In this document: one piece after another, positions 1-13,505 of the stretch
How positions within the stretch are numbered: the stretch's first letter is position 1
Layout: each line of letters begins with the position of its first letter
DNA from: Octopus bimaculoides
Taxonomy: Eukaryota
Assembly (NCBI RefSeq): GCF_001194135.2
Contig: NC_068988.1
Location: 27,626,368-27,683,936, forward strand
Direction of reading: 5' to 3'
DNA: 57,569 nucleotides
Notes under the pieces: model-generated
Told to the model about the DNA's origin: nothing
Database searches by the model: none
The model's input: only the letters and a program-made list of their open reading frames with translations
Made by a program: the position numbers and the translations under genes

Positions 1-36
<36 letters not shown>

Positions 37-1924
37 CTGTGGGTTTGTATATATATATACACACACACAAACCAAAAAATATTTGAAAATATTGACTCAA
101 TCAGTTATACTATTTAAATAACCCATACTGATATATATATATTCGTATTTTGATTAATATTATACATCGTATCTTACCTAATGTGGGTTGTGTGTGTGTG
201 TAACTCCAGACTTATTTAACGGCCCCGAAATTTTTGTCGAGAACTTTCATGAATTACGTTCGATTTAGATAAATTAAGATGATAGGTAGATAGATAGAAA
301 GATAGATTGATGTATATCATACACATTTACGAATATCGTTATATGAATATATACCCATATATATATTTACCGGTTCATAAAAATATTATTCGTCTATACA
401 GTTCTTCCATAAATAATTATTCTCGACTTCTGCTTTACAATATCCGTGTTTTTATTGTCTTTTTTTCTGTAAATGAACACCATATATATATATATATATA
501 TTATATAGCATATAACGCCGGAACTTTAAAAATAGCAAATATATCAAGAATTGTATCCATCACAACATAGATAAACAGTTAACCTAACAGGTACGTGTGT
601 GTTTAGTGTGATTGAAAAAAGCAGATGCCCGAATGCTGATTACAAACATAAGTTTTAAACCTCGTACATAAGACAAATGCTCACATTACTTCCTGTTGAC
701 TGCTAAAGAAATAGAAACTTTTGGATATATTTTTTTCTTTTTTAATATATTATTTCTGCTTCACCAGATTCTAAACCTTATTAAATATAAATGCGAATGT
801 ATAATATATATATATATATATGACTAAGAGCTTTTACTAAATATTGTAAGCGGGTGTGCCTGTGTAATATAAGTGTTACAGACTATATTTCATTGGCTTT
901 TGTTAAACACCTTCGATAATCCGGTAGCCGTTATCTGTATTTTCATCATCCCCGAAATATTTATAAGGCTAGGAGGATTGTAATTCTTAACATTTTTATT
1001 TGAATTTAAACCTACCTACCTATCTATCTACCTGTGTGTGTCCACGCACGCACACACATGGAATGATAAGGTTAACTAGAAAAACACTACTTAATATGTA
1101 TATGTATGTATACACGTGTATATGTGTGTGCCTGTAAACACGCCCTTTTTTTTTATTACTTCTTTATGTTTAAATAGTGACGAAAGTCGAGGAAATAGTT
1201 CTAGGCAACGAACTTGTTTAATATTTCCCCTTCGCTGTGCTTTTCTCTTTTGTGTTATTTTAAACTAACTTTATATAATTAAAAGTAGTGTATGTATGTA
1301 TGTGTGTATAAACAGATAGATGAGAGAGAGAGAAAGAGATGTAGGCATACAATTTAGATGCCCCCTCTTCAATTTGTTTTCTCATAACTTTCTGAAAGTG
1401 CATATTTTTAATGAAAATTTTTCAGAGATATGTTGTCGAGGGTGTAAAACAATATAACAATTATTTCGATAAAAATTTAGGGAAAAGTTATTTTACAATT
1501 TTAAAAAAAATATTTTTGTAGGGTGGGGAATCAGATTGTTCGTTCTTCCACCCAATCGGGCTTTGATGTCGATTTCTGTTTAGTATTTTTCATTTTATTT
1601 TTCTTCAGACTTAACGTAATGTACACGCTCGAATCGAATATGTATATATTTCTGCAAAATGTTATTTAAACATATATATTTTTAAAGAGTTGTGAGCAAA
1701 CGAAGTCGAGAGGGAGAGAATGATACGAAATTCTTTCATTGAAGAAAACAAATTAATTTTCCTCTCCTTACAAAAATGTACGGTCGTTTCCATACAGTAC
1801 TTTTTATAAACTTACAGATGATGATGATGTGCTGTTGTGAGGCATTATTTCCTTTACAAATGAATATAGACTCTGGGTTAATATTGCATTTGGTACACAC
1901 ACGTTTCTATGTGTGCGGGTGTGA

Positions 1925-2302
1925 TTATCTATCTATCTAGAGCAGGTAAAATTCCCGAGATACATGGACGAGTTCTCTCCGGCGGACTTTGTCCCTCATC
2001 ATCACTGCCATGTCTTGTGTCTCCTAGAGACCGGTGTCTGTCCTTAGGGCATCAACATATGTCATCCTTGGTCTCCCTCTTCTAGTGTGTCTGTGTAGGG
2101 GCTCCCACAGGCGCACTCAGTGCAGTATCAACTCCGAATGACAGTGACATGTCCAGCTAACCTCAGTCTCCTCTGTATTATCTTCACGCTAACTTTTGGG
2201 AGGCTCCCGTACAGCTCTGAGTTATTCATCCTCAGTCTATACTGATTAATGTTCAGAGCCATCCTCAGCATTCTCGTGTAGCACCCATCCACCATCTGAG
2301 TG

Positions 2303-2305
<3 letters not shown>
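1925..2305 (-). mobile_element. RTE-clade LINE 3' fragment
   Basis: Translates DGCYTRMLRMALNI...ELYGSLPKVSVKIIQRRLRLAGH and LWEPLHRHTRRGRPRMTYVDALRTDTG; ends in a (TAGA)n tail. Confidence 0.85.
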
Positions 2306-2333
<28 letters not shown>

Positions 2334-2747
2334 TCATGAGTATTTGTGTGTGTGTGTGTGTGTGCATAAAGAGAACGAGCGACATTGTATGTGTATTTAT
2401 ACGTTTATATTTTGGCTTATGCATATGTATAGATGCGTGTATATGTTGTGTGTATATATATATATATATATGTGTATGCATATATATATGCGTGTATATA
2501 CATACGTATATAAGTATATGTATGTATACACACACATATACATAATATATATGCACACACACATACAATGGATTTCTTTTTAATTACTGAATCTTGAATC
2601 CAGCTACCAAGAATTGGTCAGCCCATATCTACTGCAGAAGACACTGGCCCAAACTGCCTCGCAGTGCTCTGCACATGAAATCATGGGGTTACAAGGTAAA
2701 TTTTTTTAAGCACAAATCCATCATTCAATGTATTTGTGTGATGTGTA

Positions 2748-2905
2748 TGCAGGTGTGGCTGTGTTGTTAAGAAGCTTGCTTCCCAACTACATGGTTTCAG
2801 GTTCAGTTCCATTGTGTGGCACCTTGGATGACTTCTACTGTAGCCTTGGGCCAACCAAAGCCTTTGTGAGTGAATTTAGTGAACAGGAACTGATAGAAGC
2901 CCATC
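2748..2905 (+). mobile_element. Family-A SINE head (other partial copies near 3195, 5215, 10900, 11590, 40640)
   Basis: GCAGGTGTGGCTGTGTTG...GGTTCAGTTCC...CACCTTGG. Confidence 0.75.
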
Positions 2906-3684
2906 ATATATATATATGTGCTTGTGTATGTGGCCCCCTACTCTTGAAATCATGTAATTAATATCAGTTTTGTCTCAGTAATATTTTTTATTTCCATATC
3001 GAGCTATGGGAAATATTACCTTTCCTAGAAAAAGGTTAGAGTTGATGGTAGGAAGGGCATCTGGGCTCAGAAAACCTGCCTCAATGAATTCTGTCTGAAA
3101 ATTCGATGGTAAAATATTTGTATTAATGTGTGTATGTATGTATGTGAATATATATGCATACACGTGCGCACAACACACATGTATACACATATGCAGGCAT
3201 AGGCATAACTGTGCGCTTTAACAAGTTCGCTTCCCAACCACATTGTTTCAAGTTCATGTCCACTGCATGGCACCTTGGATAAAGTGTCCTCTACTGTAGC
3301 TGCTGGCCAACTAAAGCCTTATGAGTAGATATGGGAGATGAGAGTATGGCTTCTTCATGATAATCATGAACCGCCCAGCTAGCTTTTGCTTTAATTAACA
3401 CACACACACACACTCTCACACACACACACTCTCACACACACACACTCTCACTCACACACACTCTCACTCACACACACTCACACGTTTGAGTGATACATGT
3501 ACATGTGTCCTCATTAATAATGTCTTGCATGCTGGTGTGGGTTTGACGAGTATGTGTGTGTGTGTGTATGTGTATATTCGTGCACACACACATCCCAAAG
3601 CTGACATGGGTGCTCAACATCAAAAACACATTACATGATGATAATGATTATATATATATATATGTATGTATGTAGGTTTTTGTC

Positions 3685-3716
<32 letters not shown>

Positions 3717-3952
3717 ATTGTACATGTGGGTATGTGAGTGTGTATATATTTGTGTATTGCTTTGTGTTTGTGACTATATATACATATATGCAAGGCTAAA
3801 GTTTATGCAAAGCACACACTCCATGCTTGCATGGGTCAGACAGAATTTGATTTTCTTCATTCATTTGGATGCCTTTTCTGTCACCAACATTACAGTGATG
3901 CTTTATTTACAAGCAGTGTGAAACCCGAGATGAGGATACATGCGCACATACA

Positions 3953-5067
3953 TATTAGGCTATTGGATAAATTCACGCCCCCCCTCTCCCATCTATTTTA
4001 ATCAATAATTTTAATAAATCAGTCAATAATATATTCTTTTTCATTATCCATAACTTCCTGATGATGTTCTACTGGCTTCTCAATATCTTGACAGTTGAAA
4101 TCACCAAGTCTTGGCTTGAAGAATTCATTGAACAATGCTTGAAAGATTATTGGCGAACAACTGTAAAAGGTGATGATCTGAAGGTGCTATGTCAGGAGAA
4201 TTCAGTGAATGCGGTAGAACTTCCAATCCGAGATCTTGAATAACATTTTTGGTTAAATTAGTGATGTGGGGACAAGTATTGTCATACTGAAAAAATATAC
4301 CATGTTGCCAGTCAGGTCGTCTGAACTGAAATGCCTCATTGAAGTGATGCATTTACTGAACATAAAGCTCTGCATTGACTCTGTGATTGTTTTCAAGCAT
4401 TTTGCTGTGGATTAGCCATTCCCAGTCCCACCAAATGTGGAGATTGTCTTGCATTGATACAGCTTTGCTTTGGCTCGGCTCAAGTGCTTGTCAGGACTTA
4501 GTCATTCTTTCCTCTGCTTTATATTGGTATGAAGACACCACTTTTCATCACCAATGACCTTGCAGTAAAATAATCTCTGTTTGTATCCACAAGTAGCCTG
4601 GTATCAGGTTAGCAAACTAGTGGTGATAGAGGAGTGCTGGAGTTTGTCTCTTTCATTCAAAGTGTGTGGCACCCATATACTGAGTTTTTGGACCTTACCC
4701 ATCAAGTGAAGGTAACTGGTGATATTGTGAGAACATTGTATCTGCTTGGGCCAATTCCCTAGTGGCTTATTAGCACAGATCCTTATGGATGAGCTTGTTC
4801 AGTTGATCTTCATTGAACTGAACAAGTTGGCCAGAACACAGAGAGGCTATGGGGTTGAATTTCTCTTCATGGAAGCATAAAAGTAATTTTGTGCAGTTCT
4901 TTCAGTAATAATGTCCTCTCTGTATACAGCATAAAAACCTAGAGTGGCTTTAGCAGTTTTGGAACCCTGAATGAAAGGGAAGTGTAGTAGGTCTCCAAAA
5001 TGGTCATATTTTTGTGCTTGGCATTGTCATTTGTCTGAAAAGAGGTAAAATTTATTCAAATTTCATA
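3953..5067 (-). mobile_element. Degenerate mariner (DD34D-type) transposon, about 1.1 kb
   Basis: Broken transposase with WVPHTL, GDEKW, IWWDW, YDNTCPH and LPHSLNSPDIAPSDHHL motifs; decayed terminal inverted repeats. Confidence 0.85.
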
Positions 5068-5386
5068 AAAGCTTTAAAAGACTAGAACTAATTAGTAAAA
5101 CCATAAAATACTATGATTAAAATACTTTTCATGTTAATTCAAATAACATTGGTAAGAAACGAATGCATTTATTTGGTTTGCAACCCAGTAGATATATAAA
5201 AACACACACACAATAGGAATAGGCCTCTTTCAGTTTCCATCTATCAAATCCACTCACAGGGATTTGGTCAGCTTGAAGCTATAATAGAAAGACAGTTACC
5301 CAAGGTGCCAAGCAGTGAGACTGAACCTAAATCTATGTAGTTGGGAAGCAAATATATTATAGTCATCAACTAAACTAGACTAAGAG

Positions 5387-5554
5387 TGTGAATAACACCT
5401 ACATTGCTAGAAATAGGAGCTAAAATGCTCCAATGCTGTTAAAAAACACTTAACATATACTCTGATTGCAGCTTCCATCAGAGTATGTTATGTGTTTTGT
5501 AACAGCATTGGAGCATTTTAGCTCCTATTTCTAGCAATGTAGGTGTTATTCACA
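5387..5554. repeat. Foldback/MITE-like hairpin with 55-bp perfect inverted arms
   Basis: 5387-5441 is the exact reverse complement of 5500-5554; imperfect pairing continues inward around a loop of about 12 nt. Confidence 0.9.
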
Positions 5555-5630
5555 TCCGTAGTAAAGTTAAGTTGACAACTATAATTTTCTTTTACAGTAT
5601 AACATTACAAACACCTGTTTTTATTAAATT

Positions 5631-5674
<44 letters not shown>

Positions 5675-5850
5675 NNNNNNNNNNNNNNNNNNNNNNNNNN
5701 NNNNNNNNNNNNNNNNNNNNNNNNNNNNNNNNNNNNNNNNNNNNNNNNNNNNNNNNNNNNNNNNNNNNNNNNNNNNNNNNNNNNNNNNNNNNNNNNNNNN
5801 NNNNNNNNNNNNNNNNNNNNNNNNNNNNNNNNNNNNNNNNNNNNNNNNNN
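5675..5850. other. Assembly gap
   Basis: N run. Confidence 1.
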
Positions 5851-6779
5851 GGAATAAGCTATGAATTTTCTGTTTATTTCATATTTGTTATATTTCTGTT
5901 TCTTGTGTTTTTGTTAAATTTCTGAAATATATATATATATATATATCATGTAAATAATATTTTTATACAAGCTTAAAGCTTATGGTGATCACCATGCAAT
6001 GACTAAGGAAAATAGTCTAATAAAGGGGCATATAAACCCTCAATAGCAAAAGGAAGGCTTTCTTATAGATAAATATAGATAGCTGTAAATGATTGTCCCT
6101 GTCAAACAAGCAGTGTCATTAATGTCTAGTATTCTGTAAGAACATGTTTGGCTTTGAGGAGATATTACCTTGCTTGGAAACATGAGGGTTAGCAGCAGGA
6201 AGGGCATCCAACTGTAGAAAATTTGTTCCTACCACAAATAAACTCTGTCCAACACATGCAAGCATTGAAAAGTGGACACTAAATGATGACACATTCAACT
6301 GCACAGTGTTTTTAGTCAAATGTCTTCTATAGCCTTTGGTTCCTCTATAGTTTGGGTGTGGTATTTGATAGATGAAAGATGTAGAAGTTTTTCATATATA
6401 TGTGCATGTGTGTGTGTATTTCTGTTTCTTGGCTTGTTTACAAAGTATGTCTCAAATCTGGTGTTGTTTATGTTGTGTTCCTTTATTTTTGCATAACCAA
6501 AAGGAACTAAACACTTAACTGATGTGACTGACTAAACCATTTGAGCTTGTGCCTCAGTACGATTGCTGCCAAATGACTGCAATCACCAAGAAAATATTAG
6601 AATTTTCATCACTATTTTATGTCTACTTTCCATGTGTGTGTGTGTGTGTGTGCAGAGAAGAATGTTTATCATAGAAAATGAACGAGTGAAACCAGTATAA
6701 CAAAATATATACATATATATATGTGTGTGTGTCCAACCCATGCTAGCATGGAAAGCGGACATTAACTGATGATGGTATG

Positions 6780-6824
<45 letters not shown>

Positions 6825-7979
6825 ATATATATATGTATTCATACATACACACCAATGTTTGTATATAAGAAATCTCCGTGTGTGTGTGTGAATATATGCA
6901 CACCCCACCCCATGCCCTATATGCATGTTTCTTTATTATTCAGTTACGTGTTTTATATACAAATGTATTCCGGACAGCTCACGTAAGGCTACATTATGGA
7001 GTATTGTTGTGTTACAACCACAACTCGGATGATGCTACTTATATATAAACATCTCAGATCACACCCAAAGGAAAGCCACTCAACCAATTGGCATACCATC
7101 CTCACAGATGTAAGCCATCTATGTATGTGTATACACACACACACTCATGCCAGCATGGAAAATAGATGTTAAATGATGATGATGATGATGTACATGTAAG
7201 CTAAGGGATACAACTCAAACAGGCCACCTTTGCTAATGAGATCTAAAAAGACTGAAACATCTCCTTAGCTTTCACCTAATCTCCCAGCAAGGATTACATT
7301 TTCCCCTTAGCACGTCAGTATGTTATGGGAATCAGTATCATCATTAAACATTCATTTTCCCATGCAGGGATGGGTCGGATAGGACCTGGCGTGCAGCAAT
7401 AGAACTGCATCAAGCTCCAGTGTCTGCTCTGGCATGGTTTCTACAGGTGAATGCCCTTCCTAACACCCACCACTTTATTATGTGTAAATTCCTGAAATTA
7501 TAGCACCTTCCCTTTGGCAGTCTATTAAATGCATGCAGTGCTTTCTGTAAATTGGCTCGTGATATGGAAGGGAGGCATCTAGCCATGGAGACCATGACAA
7601 GAGATTAACTAAGATTTGGTCTCCACACACCATGAAAGCATACATATCTATCTATGTTGGCAGAGAGTACAAATAAGAACTGTTGTTGGGTACAGAGAAC
7701 GGTTTAGGCTACCCTCATCTGTCACATGCTCTCTCTTGTAGCTTGAGAAAGTGCACCTGAAACAAGTACACATAACACAAGCTGAATAGTTTACTTTATT
7801 GCTGTGTTTGCAATGATACCAACCATGACGACCCATCTGACAGATGCCAGTATAGTTGTATTTGCCTGACACTGTCACACGGACCATCACAATCTGTGTG
7901 TGTTTTTGTGTATGTATAAACGTGTGTGTGTGTTTTTTGTGTATGTATAAACGTGTGTGTGTGTGTGTGTGATCAGTAT

Positions 7980-8290
7980 TGATGGAAGCATCAAAAGTTA
8001 CATAAATAGTTGTATTGGCAAAGCAGGGTCTGTTTCCAACTTTGGCGCCAAGCCTGGCCAAAAACAAAAAAATGAATAATGCATTGGTTCTGTGTCCTGG
8101 AATATGTTAGGCAAACAGGCCAAGTGGTTGAACACATTCCACCACTGATGTCTACAGAAGATCCTCAAGTCACTTTGTGAGGTAAAGTCATAAATAAGGA
8201 AATCTTTGTGTGAAGTAAATCCTAACCACTGCAAAACATGATGGCACTATGTCACATTTTGCACCTGAAAAGGGAAAATAGGAAAAGGGT
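7980..8290 (+). mobile_element. Old RTE/BovB-like LINE relic (post-RT region)
   Basis: Translates INSCIGKAGS and LNTFHH*CLQKILK, resembling RTE INSRIGKAS and LNTFHLRCLRKIL. Confidence 0.55.
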
Positions 8291-8699
8291 CAACCGAAGA
8301 ACTCTTTGTGCCAAACATTCCATGCACACCTTATATGTATGTGAAGCGGTTAGACAGGAACAGGGAAAAAACTGCAGCAGATTAACCATGCTTAGAAGAA
8401 GCTTGATGTCTTGTACATGTCACCATGCAGGAGTGTTTAAGTCTAAGTGAGCTTGTGTGTATATGTGTTTGGAAATAATGTGACAGATTAGAGAGCATCA
8501 TCATAATCTTATTTATCTGCTGTCTTACCCACTGGGTCGATAGTGCCATCACTGCCAGAAAGAAATCTTCCCTCTCCAACTTGTAACTTATTTTTGGTTA
8601 ACTTGACCTCTCAGTTGATCTTCAAAAGAATTAACCTTCAGGTTTGTAGAGAGTTTAAAGATATTAACTTTGTAAATCGATGTTGATTTAAAGCAAACT

Positions 8700-9170
8700 T
8701 GGATTTCATCAACTTCTATTCCTTTGGGTCTGAAGGAAGCCATCCAACACATCCCCTATTTGAAAACATGTCGTGCAAATCCTCCAATGTCTTGTCTAAG
8801 GCCTCCAGAGCTCTTTTGTGTGCCATTGTGCATTTATCTCACAGAATCATTTAGAATCTCATGTCCACTTCTAGATTTCTTAGCTATGTTGCAAGTAGGT
8901 GCATCATATGTACACAAGTCTAAGACTAGCTAGGAAGCAGAATGCGCTTTATGGCTCCAAGGAGTGAGGCAGCAAAACTTGAAGAAGCTATTGAAATAGT
9001 TATGCCTTTGTGTCAGACTTGAACAAGCAAAATATACTGACCAGGAATGTCTTCTTTGATGCTACTGATGAAACCAGTACCATCAACGAATCAAATTGCA
9101 GATTCTCGTTACTAAACTCTATCAAAAAGAGCAGATTGTCCTCTTGTCTGCAGTAAGTTAGAGTTCACCA
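8700..9170 (-). mobile_element. Helitron Pif1-like helicase relic
   Basis: Frameshifted KTFLVSI, IASSSFAASLL, PTCNIAKKS and IL*DKCTMAHKRALEALDKTLEDL match Helitron helicase motifs I, Ia and II. Confidence 0.8.
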
Positions 9171-12100
9171 TCATTAACATGTGATCTTAGCGTCGACATT
9201 GTGTTACCATCTCTCAAGCTGCCATTTATAACTTTCTGATTTCGGTGTTATTAGGTTGAGGATGGTCTGCATTGTAGAGTTTATTTAGGTATCTTATTTC
9301 CATGCTAGGGTAAATCTCTTCTGCTTGATGATGCTTGAAATCATTGGCCATGTCTGTTTATGATACTTGAGCCAAAGGTGAATTGAATTGAATAGTTCAG
9401 AGCATTTTAACATCGTGGGTGGAGGATGTTTAGCATTCATATTTCTTTTGTCAAATGTTATGTATATTTACAAGCATTATTTTAAATTTAGAAAAATCAT
9501 GCATTATTGCATATCTACAATATTTTGATGATGTGATAGTTTATTTTTTAGAATGACAAAGTAATTGATAAAGCTAGGCCTTGTCAGTTTAGACATAAAG
9601 CAGGTGGAATATTTCAGCTGGATATAATCTGGTTTAAATGTTAAAGGGCTAAGGTTCTTTAGACAGCAATCCAAGTCTTGGAAACCATTTAATTCATTTC
9701 TTGTGTTCTGTGCTGGTTGAATTCCTGCTCAGGACACCAAAGAGAGCCATAAGTCATCTAGATTTTAACAATATTGAAGAGTGTTTTCACTCTACCAGAG
9801 TCTTGGCCTCTGCTGATACAATGGAATCAATCTGAATGTGCTTGTAGCAAGTTCTTTTTAATCACTCTGTGATTAAAACCATCACATTTACAGCCATCAT
9901 ATGATGGTGGTAAATGAGCATCATTGTCATACAAATGAGGTGGTTTGTTTCTCATCTTCCTTGAAAGACATGTCCAGTTTTGGGAAAATATTACATTGCT
10001 TGGAACTAGGTGAGGGTTAGTGACAGGAAGGGTATCTGGCTGTAAAATATCTACTTCAACAAATTCCATCTGAAAAAATGGACATTAAATGATGATGATG
10101 ATGATGGCATACATGTCACACATGACTGGTCTAAATATTTCACATTTAGTAATCAAATTCACTGGTTGTCATTGGAAACGCCTTCCTGTGCGGTCATGCT
10201 TGCAAGTGAATGTTTTGTTCGGAAGGATCTTTTTTCAAATTTTGTTTATTTGGGAGTTGAAGATGGAAATAATAAAGAGTTCTTGTGATGCCAAAATAGT
10301 GAAGATCATCCTGCGCATGTCAAAGACTACAGACAAAATTTGATGACAATGGGAGAATGCAAAGCTGACCAGTATCTCCCTTAGCTTACATCATTATTCA
10401 TTGCATTTTGTAAATTATTTTATTTTGGTGTCCATTTTTTACCAAAGTTAGCATGACTAAAGTTGGAATTGATTTTGAGGTAGGAGTTTTTGGTTGAATG
10501 TTCTTTTTGTCCCCAACGTTCACACACTTTCTCGGGTAAAGGATTTTTATATTTCAGATCTTCAAAAAAGAAACAAAGTGATAAATCATAATGTCAAAAT
10601 GGAATGGTAAAATCAGTGTTGCTTTGCTACATGTTAAAGTTCACATACATCTGCATACATGCACACGTGTGTGTGTGTGTACATGTGATGTAAATGTGCT
10701 TCACTACCATTCAAGTAGTGTCGTTTGTTTCCAGTCTTCCAGGAGGAAATATTACACCTTGCATGGAAACCGTTGATGCTTGGCGGCAGGGAGAGCATCT
10801 ACCTGTAGAAGGTTTGTCTCAACAAATTCAATCTAATTGAAGCAAGCATGGGAAAATGGCTGTTAAATGCCAATGATACACACACTCGATGTGCTTAATA
10901 CAATTTCTGTCTACAAATTCAACTCACAAGACATTGGTTGGCTTGGGTGGTAGTAGAAAAAAAAATTGCCTAAGGTGCCATGCAGTGGGACTGAACCTGA
11001 AACCATGTTGTGAAGTGAACTTCTTAACCACACAGCCCATGCCTGAATATAATAAATCAGTCTTTTGCTCTTTTTTGATTGGAATACAACAATCTCTCAC
11101 ACTGTATTTTAACAAACTGATGCACAAGAGTGACTTTAATGCAGCAATTGAAGGAATATTCTCAAACTGTAAAGTGATAGCCATAGAAATCAGTCCATGT
11201 CTGAGAATATATTTTGAAGAATTTGATCCAGCCTCTATTCCAAAATGATACCTGTCTTCCGCATTCACATCTTTCTGAGGCTTTGCAACATCTCATAGGA
11301 TACAGGTAGGACAGCAACTTCATTGCATTCAGTTTCAGATGCATTAAAATGGTGTTTGTTTTCACCAGCAACAATTTGAAATTCCGAAGTTGGCTTAGAC
11401 CCCAAAACATACTTAAAACTTCTGACCCAGCCATTCTTTGCATCAGCCATCTTTTCCTATCTCCTATTCTCTGTTTCTTTTTTCTATCACCACTTCTTTT
11501 TTATTTACATATTTTCATATATCTTCTTGCACTCGAATTAGTACTCACATTTACAATGTCACTTTTGTCTTCCTTTCATCTAACAAAAAGGCATGGCTGT
11601 GTGATTAAGAAGCTTGCTTTCCAACCATATGGTCTTGGGTTCAGTCTCAATGTGTGGCACCTTGGGAAAGCACTTTCTATTACAGCCCCAGGCTAACTAA
11701 AGCCTTGTAAGTGAATTTGGTAGATAGAAATTGAAAGAGACTTGTTCCATATGTGTATTTGTACCCTTATCTATATATCATGGGATGGTTGTAAATGAGC
11801 ATAATTGTGATGTAAGGGAGGTTGTTTTCAATCTTCCATGAAAAAACATGCCTGGTCATAAGGAAATATTACTTGCTTGGAAATACATGAGGACTGATGA
11901 GATGAAGGATGTCCAATTACATTTTTATTACTGTGTAACTCACTTATAAAAGGAAACTTATGTGTAGTTATGATCAGCATTCAGAACTCAGCTCTTGTCA
12001 CGAGGAATGACAATAATAGGCTTAGGAAGTCCTTAAGCAAGTTCCTAAGTATCTCATGATTACTCTTAATGCCAGCTGACAGGAAAGAGGGCAAGGCACT

Positions 12101-13324
12101 TCAAGTCCTCTGCACTTACCAAACAATATATTTAGTGTGCCTGTTTCATTCTGTTTTATGTCCATTTTTGCATTTTGGTGTGAGCTGAATGAGTAATTTA
12201 TTTGAGATAGTATTTTTGTTCCTGGATGCTCTTCCTGTTACCAGCCTTTGCTCTGTCTTACAGGGAAAAGATTTTTATATTTTTAATCTACTGCTTCAAG
12301 AGCCCAGATTTACCGGATGTAACATTTACTGGGAATGAAAATGTGATGACATCTTTTTTTTTTTTTTTTTTTCGCTTAGACAATCCCATACAAAAACCAG
12401 AAGTGCAAAACTTTCACACTTCTCAACATGGTTTGTTATTTATTCCCTCTGTGCAACATCTTGATCAATTGTCGTTTTCTGTAACTGCTGAGTAACTAAT
12501 GTGTTTTGTCTGATGTTGGTAGGCAGAAGCTATACGAGGCTTGCTGTGTGTGTGAGATCATTATCATTGCTTTAACATTCCCTTTTCCACGCTTGCATCA
12601 GTTGGGTAGAATTTATTGAAGCAGATTTTCTAATGCTAGATGCCCTTCCTACATCCAACCCTCACCACAAATAGAATGGCTAAGCTTTTCCTCAAGCATA
12701 AATTGCAAAGTTTCTTATTACTGGTACATTAAATTAGAATTTATTCAAAAACTTAGATTCTTTCTATCAAAACCAACCCTCATGAAGCAGATAAGTTCAA
12801 CTTCTTATCCTCCTAGGATAAGTTGTTGAACTACTTACTCTTCTTCTCTGAGTGTCCTCAAAAAACATAAATAATCTCAAGAATGTTTGGCTTGGAAAGA
12901 TCTCAGACCTCTCTTCCAATATAATGAAGCAGCAATTTGCAGCAAAGCATCAAGAGAAAATCTACTGCATGGGGGACACACACCAATTGGTTAAAATTAT
13001 ACAAATGGTAGACATAGAAAGAGAACTAGAATAGAATGAATAATGTATCTTCTTATCTGTTCTTTCATCTTAGCTGCAAATAGTGCAATAGCTTGACTTT
13101 ACTTTCACTTTCTTAAATACTTCTATATGCAGCATAAATATTGTAGAATTTATTTACAAATACACTGTATCTGACTCTGCTATCTTAATTTTGCCCGAGC
13201 CATAACATACTGCAACCTACAAAAGCCTCAACTCCACCAATTATGCTAACATACACACAAATACAATATGTAACTATATTTACTTTGGTTACTGCCCTTT
13301 AGATCATTAATGCCTAGATATTAT

Positions 13325-13505
13325 CTATTAATGCTTAGCGGTATTTTGCCCATTGCTACATTCTGAGTTCAAATTCCACCAAGGTCGACTTTGCCTTACA
13401 TGCTTTCAGGGTCGATAAATTAAGTACCAGTAAAACACTGGGGTTGATGTAATTGACTATCCCCCTCCCCCAAATTTCAGGCCTTGTGCCTCTTGTAGAA
13501 AGGAT
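13325..13505 (+). mobile_element. Family-C SINE (other copies near 48955, 49715, 50950, 51315)
   Basis: GAGTTCAAATTCC..AGGTCGACTTTGCC..GGGTCGATAAATTAAGTACCAG. Confidence 0.8.

Noticed and set aside
307-3921. ORFs rich in YIYI, HTHT and CVCV here and throughout the window, and RERE/SLSL ORFs at 15493 and 44788-45952
   Set aside because: Translations of dinucleotide microsatellites.
11944-12119. Minus-strand exon 12075-11944 with good splice sites
   Set aside because: It would need a 44-nt intron after exon 12184-12120, and all frames hit stops.
12839-12960. Minus-strand GTAAGT donor at 12838 as a linking exon
   Set aside because: The only long open frame ends in phase 0, incompatible with the next candidate exon.
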